Origin: Cenococcum geophilum
Taxonomy: Eukaryota
Length of the DNA: 64,000 bases
Direction: 5' to 3'
Assembly: GCA_050273025.1 (NCBI GenBank)
Contig: CP158636.1
Coordinates: 4,464,001-4,528,000, forward strand
How positions within the stretch are numbered: the first letter of the stretch is position 1; each line of letters opens with the position of its first letter. Positions 52,701 through 64,000 of this stretch are shown piece by piece. A program made the translations under genes and the position numbers. The notes under the pieces were generated by a model. It did no database searches, was not told where the DNA came from, and saw only the letters and a list, made by a program, of their open reading frames with translations.

Positions 52701-55700
52701 TATTAATCTTGCCATTTAACTCGTAAATTTAGGTGTTATCCTTAAATTCCTTTAAGGGTCTAAGGCTCTACTACTAGCTCCCTCTGGTTCCGTGGGCCTT
52801 TACTTTTCCTAACTATTAGCTACTTAATCCTACTTGCACTTAGTCCGTCTTTAGCTAATACTTTATTCGCTTTTTGTTTTTAATATACTATAGATACGTA
52901 TTCTCTAGGCATTTCTACTACTATTATTTATCTAGGCATTCTTCCGTAAGGAATCTTTTTAGCTAAAGTATTAAGTCGCCTAACTCCTAAACTTCTATTA
53001 AATGCTAGCTATGCATATACTTAGCGTTCTAATACTTTTATTTTTCTGCCAACTAATATATTCTTATAGGATATTTCCAATGCTTATCTTTTAGTGCTCT
53101 GTGTGTATTATACGTATTATTTACACATATAATCCACGTTAATATATAATATGCTAGGTGCTTTAGGTTAACTCTTAGCTCGTCTTTATCCTTAAGTTTA
53201 AACCTTTCTCTTATTAATCTAAACGTCGCAACTTTATTCGTAGGTACTAAGATACGCCTCTTACTTCTCTAGTCCTCTAAACGCTCTTTTAGATCCTTTA
53301 ATATGACTTATTGCTTTTTCCGTAATCGGGTAGTCCTAGATAACTTTCTTATCTAACTACATATAGAAATCTTCTTACTTGTCATTGTGCCTTTGCCTAT
53401 ACCACTTTTGGTACAGCTGCTAGAGTATATACAGCTTGTCCGTAAGGAAGTATCTTCTTATTACTATATTATAATAGCCTTTAGTATGTCGTTCCTTAAA
53501 CCTAGTTAGAATTCCTAAATCCTCTTCTTATTCTAGTTTAGTAAGCTACTTAGCTCTTAGTGTGCCTGCCCTAGGCCTATTAGTAATTCTTTATACCAAT
53601 ACTCTGTCCCTTATACGTCCTAATATACTAGATCTCTTATCTAGTTTCTGCTCTTGCTATAAGGTAATTCTTACTCTAAATTCTTCCATAGTTTCTTTCT
53701 TTTCGCGTCTTATAAGTGGATCCTTAAAGTCTTCTTACTTCTTAATCTTAGTATTAACTTTTCAATCTTTAGGCCGAACACTATATTCCCCTAGTAAGTC
53801 TTCTAGGTCTATATACCTGTCTCCTAATCTAGTTACTATTTATATTATAGATTCTCTAATCTATAAAGAAGTCTCTTGCCTCTTATTTATGGGTGTCCTT
53901 ATTTATACTCCAAATTCTTAACCCCTTTAGATTTATAATCCCGAGCTTACTTCTATTTTAAGCTTAGCTCCAGCCTTAGTTTAACTAGGCTTGCTTAGTA
54001 TTCTTATCTCATCTTAAGAGTCTTAAATCTTACTTATCTTATCTTAAGAGTCTTATACCTATAGAAAACTCTATCCCAAGCTTATTCGTATATCTTTAAA
54101 CTAAGCTACTGCTCTGCTCTATCGGTTATCGTCCATTATAGGTCCTTAAGCTTGCCCTATCCCTTCTTAGAAATCTTAGTCGTCTCTTATCTTATTTTAA
54201 AAATCTTAAGCCTTTAGCCTTTTGCCTTTATCGAGTGCCAAAGTAGTTCGCTATCCTACTTCTCTTACGTCTTGTAAAGCAATAGACATTATATCTAGTG
54301 GGGTCTTAATCCCTACTAATATTCCCTATTCTATAGTGGAATTATCCTCTACCTCTGTTATAATATCTCTAAGGTCTATATGCTCCTAGTAAGCCGCCTT
54401 TATTGCCTTATTATTATAAAATATTTCGCCTATATTAAAGTTATTGTCCTTAATATCCAATCTGCGAACTGGTTTATCAGTTCCTTTATATTCCGCTAAA
54501 TATAGCTTTTATAGCCAATAGCTTACGCTATACTTAGCGTCTTTATAAATTTAGTATACGTTATTATAACAAAACGCAAAGCTTTTAATTAAACACTCTT
54601 TTATTCCTTATAGTATATTATCGTCCCTTTATATATATATATCGTCTGCTAGTTTTATACCTTTTACTATATAGTAACTCTAACTACTTCTATAGTCTCT
54701 AACGTAATAACCCTATTTCCCGCAATTTATATAAGCTCCTTTTTTAAACTATTTCTCTTACTATAGAGTCCGACTAAATGTCTTCTGCTATTAAGATCCC
54801 TAATTTAGCCTCTACTCCTTAGACCTTTAATTACTTAATCCTTATCCTCTAGGTTTCTACGGTTTCTTACTCCATCCTTTATAGGCTTCTTTAGTACCAC
54901 TTAGGTTTATTAGCTCTGCGCTATACCATAGTTTTTAACTTAGCTTTAGTTATTGCGTACTTTGCGCCTTATATAACTATAGAACTCTATCCTAGCCTCT
55001 CTTAGCCTGTTCCCTTTAGTAGATCCAGTTATTAATTTTAATCGCTTAATCTATTAGTTCCCTTAGGGTATCCGTATCTTCTATTAGGATAATCGCGTCC
55101 TAGACTTTAGCCTTAAGTCCTTATTTATACTGTGCTATAAGCGCCCTATTATTCCACTTAACTTATATTGCTAACGTCTGGAACTGCGTTATATACTTAA
55201 TTACTAAGGTTTATTATATAATGTTTTAGAGTTTCCTTTCCGCCGTAGTTACTGTCTTCGGGTTTCTAAATATCTGTGTTAGTTATTCCGCGAACCCTTC
55301 CTAGCTTATAAATATAAACCGTATATCTTAATTGGTGGTTATTATACTATTCGCTTATATCTCCGTAAAGTAAGGCTTAAACTACTTAAGTGCCCTTCCT
55401 AATAGGAATAGTCCTATATACGCTATTTAATCCATAGGTGTTAGTAGCTTGGCTCCTTCTTGCGTAACCTTAAAGTGCATTTACGTAAGGAATCCTTTAA
55501 GCTTTAATCTTTCTCCTAAGTACCTTTCAATTAATAGTAGCTTAATCTTTACTGCTCCTATCCCGTTAATCCTATTTTCTAACGTCGCATTATTTTCTAT
55601 TAGCTAGTTAACTATCTCTTATAGTTATCCGACCGTTATAGGTTACTATAAGTTAGTATCTGCCATACTAGTGTCGTTACCTAACCTTAAAGTAGTTGCC

Positions 55701-58599
55701 GCCGTTAATGGCGTTGTGGCTGGTGCTTTTAGTGGCATATTGTTCGACTTTTTATATTTAATACCGTAACTAGGTAGTAATTATATAACGGAACCTTGTA
55801 GTAAGAACTACAATGGGCTCGTTAATGGGCTAGGTGTGTAGGTAATGTAAAGTAAAGTCAGCAACGTAATAACTAGTAGAGTGGTTGCCTAACAGATTAA
55901 CTCTAATTATATTCTGAGAATTACTATAAGGAAGGAACTATCTTAGGTAGGGACTAAGGGTCCTTAAATACACAACCGTACTCCTATAAAATCCTTCTTA
56001 TACGTAATATACGTATGCTCTATTTACTCTATTGCAGATTATATAGATCCTACAGATTATATAGATCATATTATATAACCTTAGTTACCATTCCTCGTTA
56101 TATAGCTCTATCGGCTCCATCCTGGACCGTGCCTAAATTAACTAACTAGCTTCCTCCGACTCTCTTCTTAGTAGTTATAACATTGTACTTAAAGCGTCCG
56201 TAACAGTAATTAAGGTTAAAGAAGTTCCTATTAAGGCATATAATAGCATTAAAAAAGTAGAGCAATATTACGCGCTATTGCGCCGCGTATATAAGATTAT
56301 TTCTTTAGAACTAGAGGATGCTAGCGAAGAACTTACTTTATAAATAGCTGTTAAAGCTATTAATAATTCCGCTAGCCTAAATAGACTCGTACCTATATTA
56401 CTAGTCTTTAGCGCCTACCCTTAAATAACTAATAATTCTCTACTATCTCCCTTTATTATATAATAAGCTAAGGCTATTTATAAGGCAATAAAGGAAGTAT
56501 AACGTCTCTACGCCATACGCTAGGTTAACGACGTATTAGGAATAAGAAATGGCCTAAATACCTTAACTATACTTAATCTACTACTTTAGTCTAAGGTACG
56601 CGTATAGCGTAAAAAGGGAGGATAGTTAGGCCTATATTAACTTATTATAATTAATAGTTAAACTTATACTATTTAGATGCCTTATAGACCTACTTAATTC
56701 TATTTAATCGTTATTAAGCTTTACTATAAAGATAATAGTTTTAAGCCTTTATAGGATACCCTAAAAGATACCCTAAAGGAGAACTATAATTAACGTGCTC
56801 TAGAAAACGACTATAATCCTAATATAATTATAGTAGATATGCCGTAACTATAACGCGGTAGAGGTCGCCCGAAGGGATTACAAAATCGCTAATATCTTAT
56901 TAATTTTAAAGAGCAATTTATTGCCGCTATTAAGAATAGAGTTAAGCTATTAATAGCCTTTATAACAGCTAAGAAGAAGGCTAACTTTAAACTCGCAAAA
57001 TAGCTTTAAAAGGAAGGTTGTATTATAACTTTAGGAGCTTCTTTTTAAGTATCTAATAAGTAGGAGATCGATAGCCTTATTATAAGAGAAGTCTTTAAAT
57101 TTAAGAAGTATAACCCTACTAAGTTTAATAAAGTTCGCATCTTTAAGTTAAGGATAGTTAATAAGATTAAGGGCAAAGCTACTAACGCCCTATTTAAGAA
57201 ATTAAGGCTTATTATCTAAGGTTATAACGATAATAGTAAAGAGATAATTCTTATATAATCTCCTATAATTTAACGAGCTAGTTAGCAAGTTATTATTATA
57301 TTAGCTTCCTCCTTAATAAAGAATAAAATAGCGGTTTATTTATAAGATATTACTTAAGCTTATACCTAATTAGAGACGCACCTTTAGCGCTTAATATTAG
57401 TATACCTTTTAGAGCAAATTCGCCACTAGTATCCTAAAGATATAATTATGGTTGTGCTTAAGCTATTATATAGAATTATAAAGGCAGGAACTTACTAGTG
57501 GGCTACCTATAGCAAGCACTATAAAGAGAAGCTTTTAATAACTACTTCTATATTTAATCCCTGCTTCCTTATTATAACTATAGGAACCCTATTTAGAATT
57601 ATTAGTATATAAACTAATAATATAATTATCTTAGGAGACGACTAATTCTTAGCTCTTAAAGAGGATAAGCTAGTAAAAGCAAATCTTATAGTAAAGCTAA
57701 AGGAAAAGCTTAATTTAATAATACTATTACTTTTTAATAAATGAATCCTCTCCCTAAATAAGGATTCTATTGCTTTACGCTAGAAGGGTTAAGGTAAGAA
57801 GATTAATATTATTAACGTTAATTCCCTAAAGTAAGGATACGTAGAGTAACGCGCTTATAGAGCTTATATTACTTCTATCTATTAACCTAAGGTTTTATTT
57901 AATTTTTCTGTTACCGCCTAATATTAGGAACTAACTAAGGATAATATTCTTACCCTAAATAAACGTCTTTTCTAGCAAATAAACCATTTTAATTAGGGAC
58001 TACTCTATGTGCCTATTAATCTTCCTACCGCTAAGCTCCTTATATTTATTAATAGATTATTTATAAATAATAAAGATTTTAGCTCCTAGTTAGGATATAA
58101 GATTATTATTATAAATAAATTTACTAGAGAGAATAACTTTATAATTTATAGTAATCTTATCTATTAGAGCTTAACTAAAAGCAAGCGCATTACCTAAAGT
58201 GTTTTAGTATTAGAGATATATAGAATAGTTAGTGGAGTTAATATAGTAATTGCAATTGGAACTACCCTAAAGATAATTATAGATTAACTCGAACTTCCCG
58301 ATATCCCTATAATTATATACACCGACTTATATTCCCTCTATAAGTGTTTAGTTAAGCTTAGTACTATAAAGGAGAAGCGCCTTATAATTAATATTATAGC
58401 ACTTTAGCAATCCTACAAGCGTTAAAAACTCTTTAAGATTTAATAGATTAATAGCTAAGATAATTTAGCAAATATAATAATAAAGGTAAACCCAAATAAG
58501 GCACTAGAGACGTTTATTAATATAAATACTCTACGTATACGAGTTAAAGGTTAGGTTAAAAGGGAGTCCCTAAAAATTTCTTAGTTACGTAAGGTCTTA

Positions 58600-58766
58600 A
58601 GATATCTAAGAACTTTAACCGGCGGTTAAAGTTATCTAATTAGTTAGATTCTCTTACTAAGACTTTTTAGTATAATATTCTGTAGACCCTAACTTAACCT
58701 AGCTAATTAGGATTTTCTATCCCTAGGATAGAAAATTACTATTAGCTTGCTTATAACTAGCGCCTT
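58600..58766 (+). other. Three-hairpin module in the 3' UTR of Copia B
   Basis: Same three stems and the same downstream TATTAGCT.GCTT..ACTAGCGCCT as 49203-49341, with different loops. Confidence 0.85.
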
Positions 58767-59449
58767 AACGGCCCTAGTATAATATCCTCCTATAACTCTA
58801 AGTAAGAAAGCACTACGTACTAAGAGGCAACTTTTAAAACAGCGAGACTTATATTATAATAGCAATAGTAAGTAAAAAGGATTAATATTTATTACGCTAG
58901 TTAAGCAGTATTTATATATAGATGGCAACTATAAAAGAAGAATTGCTAGTGTTGGGAATAAGGCATGCGGTTATTACGTGACGCCGCGGCACTAGCGTAG
59001 CGAGGAGTCTTAAGCCCCTCGCCCTTTCTTATTTAATTAATAAGCTTTATTAACTAATATCACTATAACCTACTTAAGTAGTTGTTATTGGTGAGTTACC
59101 TTATATAACCAATAATAACTAATAGTAAGAGTAGGATTGCTTATAGGAGCTAATACAGCCTATAGCTTAGGGGGGAAGCTATTAAGTTACTGGAGTTAGA
59201 GTCTAACTTATTAATAAAAGGCAGCTAATCTAATATAGAATTATTCTTAGGTAAGCTAGTAAGCCAGTTACTATATATTTTAATATTGCGATAGTCCGGA
59301 TAATTAATCTTTAGAAAGTAAAGCCAATATTCTATAATAGAACGCCTTATAGTATATTACTTACTAAACCACCAACTTAAGTATTTACTACCTACTACTG
59401 TTATAGGCCTTATAATTAGTATATTACGTTTAGTAGGTAACTATAGTAG

Positions 59450-59664
59450 TGTGAGGGGATCTTGTAGACAGGGGGCTATAAGGACACGATTGGAACAGGA
59501 TAGATTGGTAAGAGAGACGAATCCTTAAGGAGGTAAGGCCTCTGGGATCGTGGAGACTATATACTACGGGCACGTGCCTCCGGCACGTGACCGGCGACCA
59601 TCCGAGGGCCGTCCAGGGGTTGTCCTGAGGGCAACCCGAGGTGTCCGCAATAATATCCCTTACA
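59450..59664. repeat. Solo LTR with TSD AGTAG inserted in the Helitron
   Basis: AGTAG|TGTGAGGGGA...TATCCCTTACA|AGTAG. TG..CA ends with a terminal inverted repeat. More GC-rich than its flanks. Confidence 0.85.
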
Positions 59665-60459
59665 AGTAGCTATCTCTAAGACTTTAATATATTTTAGCTA
59701 AAGTAGTAAACGTAGCTAGTATAGCAATATTGCTAACTATATATGCACGCAATTAGAAGCCCCTCTAGGTTAAGCTTATTGCCTTTACTAAATAAGAAAG
59801 AAAGGGCTAGATCTTTAAGGCTATTAGTATCCCTAATATAGGCTTTATATATACCTATATTGTTACCCTCTATAGCTAGGCTTATTTAAAACCACTACTC
59901 CTTATAACGCCTACACGTCTCTATATATTTAGCTTATAGCGCACTCCTAAATTTCTTAATGTGCTCCTAATTAATAGCTAAGGTGGGTGGTATTAATACT
60001 AGGGTAGGTATTAGAGCCTTATCTAGTATATATAGCGAAGGAGTCGTATTAACCTCTTTATCTACCTTTTATGCAGCTGCTTAAAAAGCCTTTGAGTGAG
60101 CCATTGCTACCTCAAATGTAATAGTAGATGCCTCTGCCATCAATTGCGCAGCAATCGCAAGCGCTTTGGCTGACGCAGCTTGATCCCTGCCTAAGCTTAA
60201 ATAGGCAAGCGGTAAGACCATTCGGCAAAAGCCCCGCAACCGTCAGCCCATAAGCTACGTTACTTCATTTATCATAAAACACATAAAGCAATGTGCTGAC
60301 GAAGCGTTTTTACATTTATTTTAGTGTATGTAGCCACTACACTCTAGATAGCCAACTTGGGCCTTTCCTCTTCGGCATAGAGCTCTTACTCTCTCACATG
60401 CCCACTTTGCCGCAGCCAATTACCCCCCAGGCGACCGTGGAAAGAGCTCCGATTATCGA

Positions 60460-61137
60460 TTACTCCTGCTGGATTCTTTCCGCGAATGACTCGCTGTCGG
60501 GCAAGGACCTGCCGGTCTTGTTGTCGGTGGGGTATTTCTGCGAGGCAAACGCAAGAAAGATTGCTTCCCAGTGGCCGTCGTTGGGAAAGTTAAATAGGAT
60601 CCCACCATCCTGATTAACACCATTATCAAATCGCGGCAGACTGCCCTGGTTCATGTGGATGTCGTGGATGCCCGAGCCAAAGCTCGACCCGAATAGATAC
60701 ACGGTTGCGCCATTGTTTTTGTCAATAGCGGTCTGCAAAATCGGCTTCATCTCATCGAGGATGTCGTTGTTTGGGCCGGGGATGTCGTGCTCAAGGATCC
60801 TACCGTCCTCGAGGGTCATAAGCTCGGGTTGGGTGCGGATATAGTCGAGGGCCAGGTCGCCGGTTTGAGAGTCGTTGGGCCGGATCAGGTGGAAACCGAG
60901 ATCAAGATTTGCCAACGCGTCCGTGATAGGGTGTTTGAAGTCCTTTACGAACCAGTAAACCAGTCGTGTGTCGCGGTCTGTAGATTTGACGTTGATGGCG
61001 GCTTGGAGCTCTCTGCTTGCATTGGGGTCATCCTTGAATTTGAGAGTTATGTGAGGACTTTTGCTGTCGTCTACTTTGGTTTGGGCTTTGAAGCTCGTAG
61101 GTATGGCAGCCCAGACGCCATAGTGTGGGATTGTCAT
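60460..61137 (-). CDS. DUF2278 (YukJ-like) family protein
   Basis: 225-aa intronless ORF with SPH, AAINVKS, ALDYIR, GIHDIHMNQGS, QDGG and FLAFASQ motifs, recognised from memory of this family. Confidence 0.85.
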   Translation of the reverse strand: MTIPHYGVWAAIPTSFKAQTKVDDSKSPHITLKFKDDPNASRELQAAINVKSTDRDTRLVYWFVKDFKHPITDALANLDLGFHLIRPNDSQTGDLALDYIRTQPELMTLEDGRILEHDIPGPNNDILDEMKPILQTAIDKNNGATVYLFGSSFGSGIHDIHMNQGSLPRFDNGVNQDGGILFNFPNDGHWEAIFLAFASQKYPTDNKTGRSLPDSESFAERIQQE

Positions 61138-61274
61138 TGTAAGGATTTGAACGTTAACAGATGCTTTGATGTTATTGCGAGCGATTGGGCAGTCTTTGTG
61201 CGAATGAGTGGTAAATCAAAAATTGAACAGGTAGTCGCGGAGTTTCTTAACAATAAACATACCTGCCTAGCACC

Positions 61275-61345
61275 TGCAGCTTGCCTCTTGCCTGGGCACC
61301 TTCAGCTTGCCTGGGCATCTTCAGCTTGCCTGGGACCTTCAGCTG
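61275..61345. repeat. Approximately 19-bp tandem repeat upstream of the DUF2278 gene
   Basis: CTTCAGCTTGCCTGGG(CA) units repeated about 3 times. Confidence 0.75.
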
Positions 61346-62718
61346 AGGCTGAGTTTTTGAGGGCTAGGACCATTGTGTCATTGGCCTGACCAATAATTGG
61401 GGCGTTTGTGGAACGAGTTACAGCTGGTGGTCTCGGAAAAGTTGAATGTGGTCACCGAAAGAGGTCGGGGGAAGCTGAGCGTGGTCACCGATGGAGCCAC
61501 CGGAAAAAGGTTGGCGGTACCACACTTCCAGCCATACAGAACGCGCACCGGTGGCCACAACTTACCTTAGCAACTGCATGCACAGAAGATGCGATGCATA
61601 TGCTAAGGCCATGTTCGATAACTTTTTTGGCCAGGTCGACTCCACCAGGTGGGCGCGAACGGGCCACCGATATCGATATCCACCTGGTGCATGCTGTTCG
61701 TTCGACGCCCCGGGTGGATTTTGGCAGATTGGCAGTCTTGGCAGCTGGAAAGGAGGTTTCACCTGGTCAGGTGGAGGCACCTAGTCTGTGTGCGAGGTAA
61801 GGAAGGGGTTTCCCTAGGCACGTGCAGCGCACGTGCCTCACAGGCGAGTCACCCTGGGTCGCCCGTACCTTGCGGCTATATAACTATCTACTCAGGTTTC
61901 ACCTAACACTTATTTAGTTCAACTCGTGAGCCTTGCCTGGGGACTCCGCCTTCACGTCGCCAAATAGGCCAAATAGGCCAAAAAGACAGCAGTAACTCGC
62001 GAATATACCGCGACTGTGGCGGGATCCAATATATGTACTAGGCGCGATTTTATTATAATATATCGCAAAAACCTACCTAAATCTTACCTATATTTAATAA
62101 AAATCTAATTAATTATAGAAGAGACTAAAACAAACTGTCTTTTATTATCTTTATTAGATTAAAATTATTATTATTGAGTCGTTAAATATATCTAAGAGAA
62201 GGAGTCGAGACTCACCAAAACTCGCACCGTAGGCCCTCAGACGGCAGGGCAGATTTAAGGCCAGTAGATAGCTGATTAGTTAAAAGAGGGTGGCTGGAGA
62301 CTAGTGACAATTTAGTATTAGTGAGTGTGCCTTAAGTTCTGCCATCGTAAACATGGAGCAATATCTGACCCTCAGTTATATCTAGACTCTCGTCTTTGCA
62401 GTCCTTGCGGTCTGAGTCGCTTAGATACGGCCCCATTTGTCACCGTGCCTTGTTTATTTCATCAGCAGGGAACCCTGGCTGGATTCGTTTTAGGTAACGT
62501 TCGAATTACAATAAAGACCGAAGCCTCGGGGCTGTTAAAGCTCCCAAGTTAAGTTTACCCAACTCCCCGTTCCAACGCTGGCTGTTGAATTATCCCAGAC
62601 GCCGAATCTCCCCACAGGCGTAACGCCTTCCGCAATCCTATCCATGAAAATGCCCGTGTCCAACTCAATCGCGCACATTGCTAGATCATTGTCAGATTAT
62701 TGCCTATCATCTATGCCA

Positions 62719-64000
62719 TTATGTTGGCGAAGGTGCGGCAGCACAAGTGATATCCTCGGATCCTTCCACCGGAGCACAGGTGCAGAAGAGATTTGTATCG
62801 CCGTGTGCTGTGAAGCGCTGTCAGAGGCTTTATCTCAAGAAACAGAAAGGGAACCGCTTACCGTCATCCAACCTTGTCACCGACGGCCAGAACTTCTTTT
62901 CCTTCAGCCAAGGCAATGGATATGCTGCTTTTTCCCTGCTATATGGTCGATTCCACTCTCCTACAATCAAGTCCTTCTGCGAATGTGGCGCCATCTTTAG
63001 GACGTTACCCTCCTTTGGCTGCTCTCCCTTCTCCACCGCCTCAATCTCTTTGCGGATCGAGATTAGAGCGTCGCAAAACCGGTCTAGCTCTTCCTTACTT
63101 TCAGATTCAGTCGGTTCAATCATGAGCGTATTAGCCACTGGCCAAGACATGGTTGGCGCATGAAACCCATAATCTTGAAGACGTTTTGCCACATCTATGG
63201 CCTCGATGCCAGCTGATTCCTTGAACTTGCGGACGTCCAAGATAAATTCGTGGGCACATCGCCCGTTTTGGTTTGTATATAGGATAGGATAGAGCGGTTT
63301 CAAGCGTGAAAGAATGTAGTTCGCGTTTAGGAGCGTAATCTTCGTCGCGTATGTTAACCCAACGCCACCCATCATCTTGATGTAGGCCCAGCTGATAGGT
63401 AAAATGCTTGCGCTACCCCACGGTGCACCACTTACCGGTGCAATTGCCTTCTTTCCTCCTGTGGCGACGAGCGGGTGGCCGGGCAGAAACGGGGCAAGGT
63501 GTTCCTTCACACCAATAGGCCCAACACCAGGCCCACCTCCGCCGTGGGGAATGCAGAAGGTTTTGTGAAGGTTAAGATGGCAGACATCGGCCCCGATTTC
63601 CCCAGGTGAGCAAAGTCCAATCTGAGCATTCATATTGGCTCCATCCATGTAAACTTGGCCGCCATGCTGATGTACAAGCTTGCATACTTCCTTAATCTTT
63701 GGCTCAAAGACACCAAATGTGCTTGGATATGTGATCATGATTGCTCCTAATTCCTCGCTGTGCTTTTCGCACTTGGTCTTTAGATCTTCCAAGTCAAGAT
63801 TGCCAGTCACATTGTCACATCTGATCGGGACAACCCGCATTCCCGCCATGGCCGCACTAGCGGGATTGGTGCCGTGTGCAGACACCGGAATCAGGCAGAT
63901 ATCTCGTTTCTTTCCTGGTCGCTCCTCCTGGTATTTACGAATCACCCGTAGCCCGGTGAATTCACCCTGCGCACCGGAGTTAGGCTGTAGCGACACCGAA
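62719..64000 (-). CDS. GCV2: Glycine decarboxylase (glycine cleavage system P protein), 3' part; last intron 62808-62861
   Basis: [36 protein letters not shown]-lysine motif [45 protein letters not shown] intron joins RLDD to [15 protein letters not shown]-stop at 62719. Confidence 0.97.

Larger units (their letters stand above)
41782..56205 (-). mobile_element. Full-length RIP-degenerate Gypsy chromovirus (element D), interrupted by element E
   Basis: LTRs 41782-42190 and 55784-56205, TSD GTAAT (41777-41781 and 56206-56210). Polypurine tract GGAGGGAGATAG on the minus strand next to 42190. RT Y-L-D-D at about 51716-51730 on the minus strand. Removing it restores the integrase frame of B. Confidence 0.95.
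38601..59114 (+). mobile_element. Full-length RIP-degenerate Ty1/Copia-like retrotransposon (element B), interrupted by element D
   Basis: 165-bp LTRs 38601-38765 and 58950-59114, TSD ATAAC on both sides. Order gag, protease (IIPDTRAAG), integrase, RT (KSRLVIQGYND, DITQAY, QTDD-like) and RNase H (KSKRIT.SVL, TDLYSLYKCLVKL, DNLANIITK-like), which is the Copia order. Confidence 0.93.
37300..60050 (-). mobile_element. RIP-degenerate Helitron-type Rep element; own sequence at about 37300-38600 and 59120-60050, split by Copia B and two solo LTRs; ends undefined
   Basis: Back-inferred minus-strand reading: ETCGRCKEQWF..ICKAC, YTVRRSIVEYWLHFLKINHPDYRDI (right part), then AFPTLFPYGKADF, KYQDGRFGQHP, GTRPYW, LFFTLSAADLHW (about 37780-37815) and FWFRYEWQ.R.SGHIHG (about 37560-37615), i.e. 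Helitron HUH Rep motifs. No helicase part recognised. Confidence 0.8.

Noticed and set aside
53562..53921. 119-aa hydrophobic ORF (also 34181, 39341, 40416, 43527)
   Set aside because: Lie in RIP-mutated DNA, mostly within identified TEs. L/I/Y-rich translations are typical RIP artefacts or gag fragments.
60787..63163. Plus-strand ORFs opposite DUF2278 and GCV2 and in their intergenic region
   Set aside because: Antisense shadows or motif-free ORFs with no supporting evidence.

Overview
Filamentous-ascomycete genomic DNA. Two AT-rich blocks bear repeat-induced point mutation (RIP) signatures (about 1-17.5 kb and 30.7-60 kb). They flank a gene island (17.6-30.7 kb), and a second gene island starts at about 60 kb. 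Intact genes: two co-oriented paralogous homeodomain + C2H2 zinc-finger transcription factors, a secreted GH65 acid trehalase (ATH1/treA-like), a DUF2278/YukJ-like protein, and the 3' part of the glycine decarboxylase P-protein gene (GCV2). The right RIP block is a four-level nest: Helitron > Copia > Gypsy chromovirus > second Gypsy chromovirus, with target-site duplications (TSDs) resolved for the three LTR insertions, plus three solo LTRs. The left block is a Copia inserted in a Gypsy. Three observations stand out. (1) A RIP-eroded head-to-head pair: a SesB-like hydrolase + NB-ARC gene with no repeat domain, facing a gene whose winged-helix/TPR-like part splices in frame onto homeodomain-C2H2 paralog 1. 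This is a candidate split or paired fungal NLR with an integrated transcription-factor domain. (2) A three-hairpin module shared by the 3' UTRs of unrelated Copia and Gypsy elements. (3) A spliced antisense Cys-rich/coiled-coil gene carried by one Gypsy family. Protein readings in RIP regions are manual C>T/G>A back-inferences, not database results.
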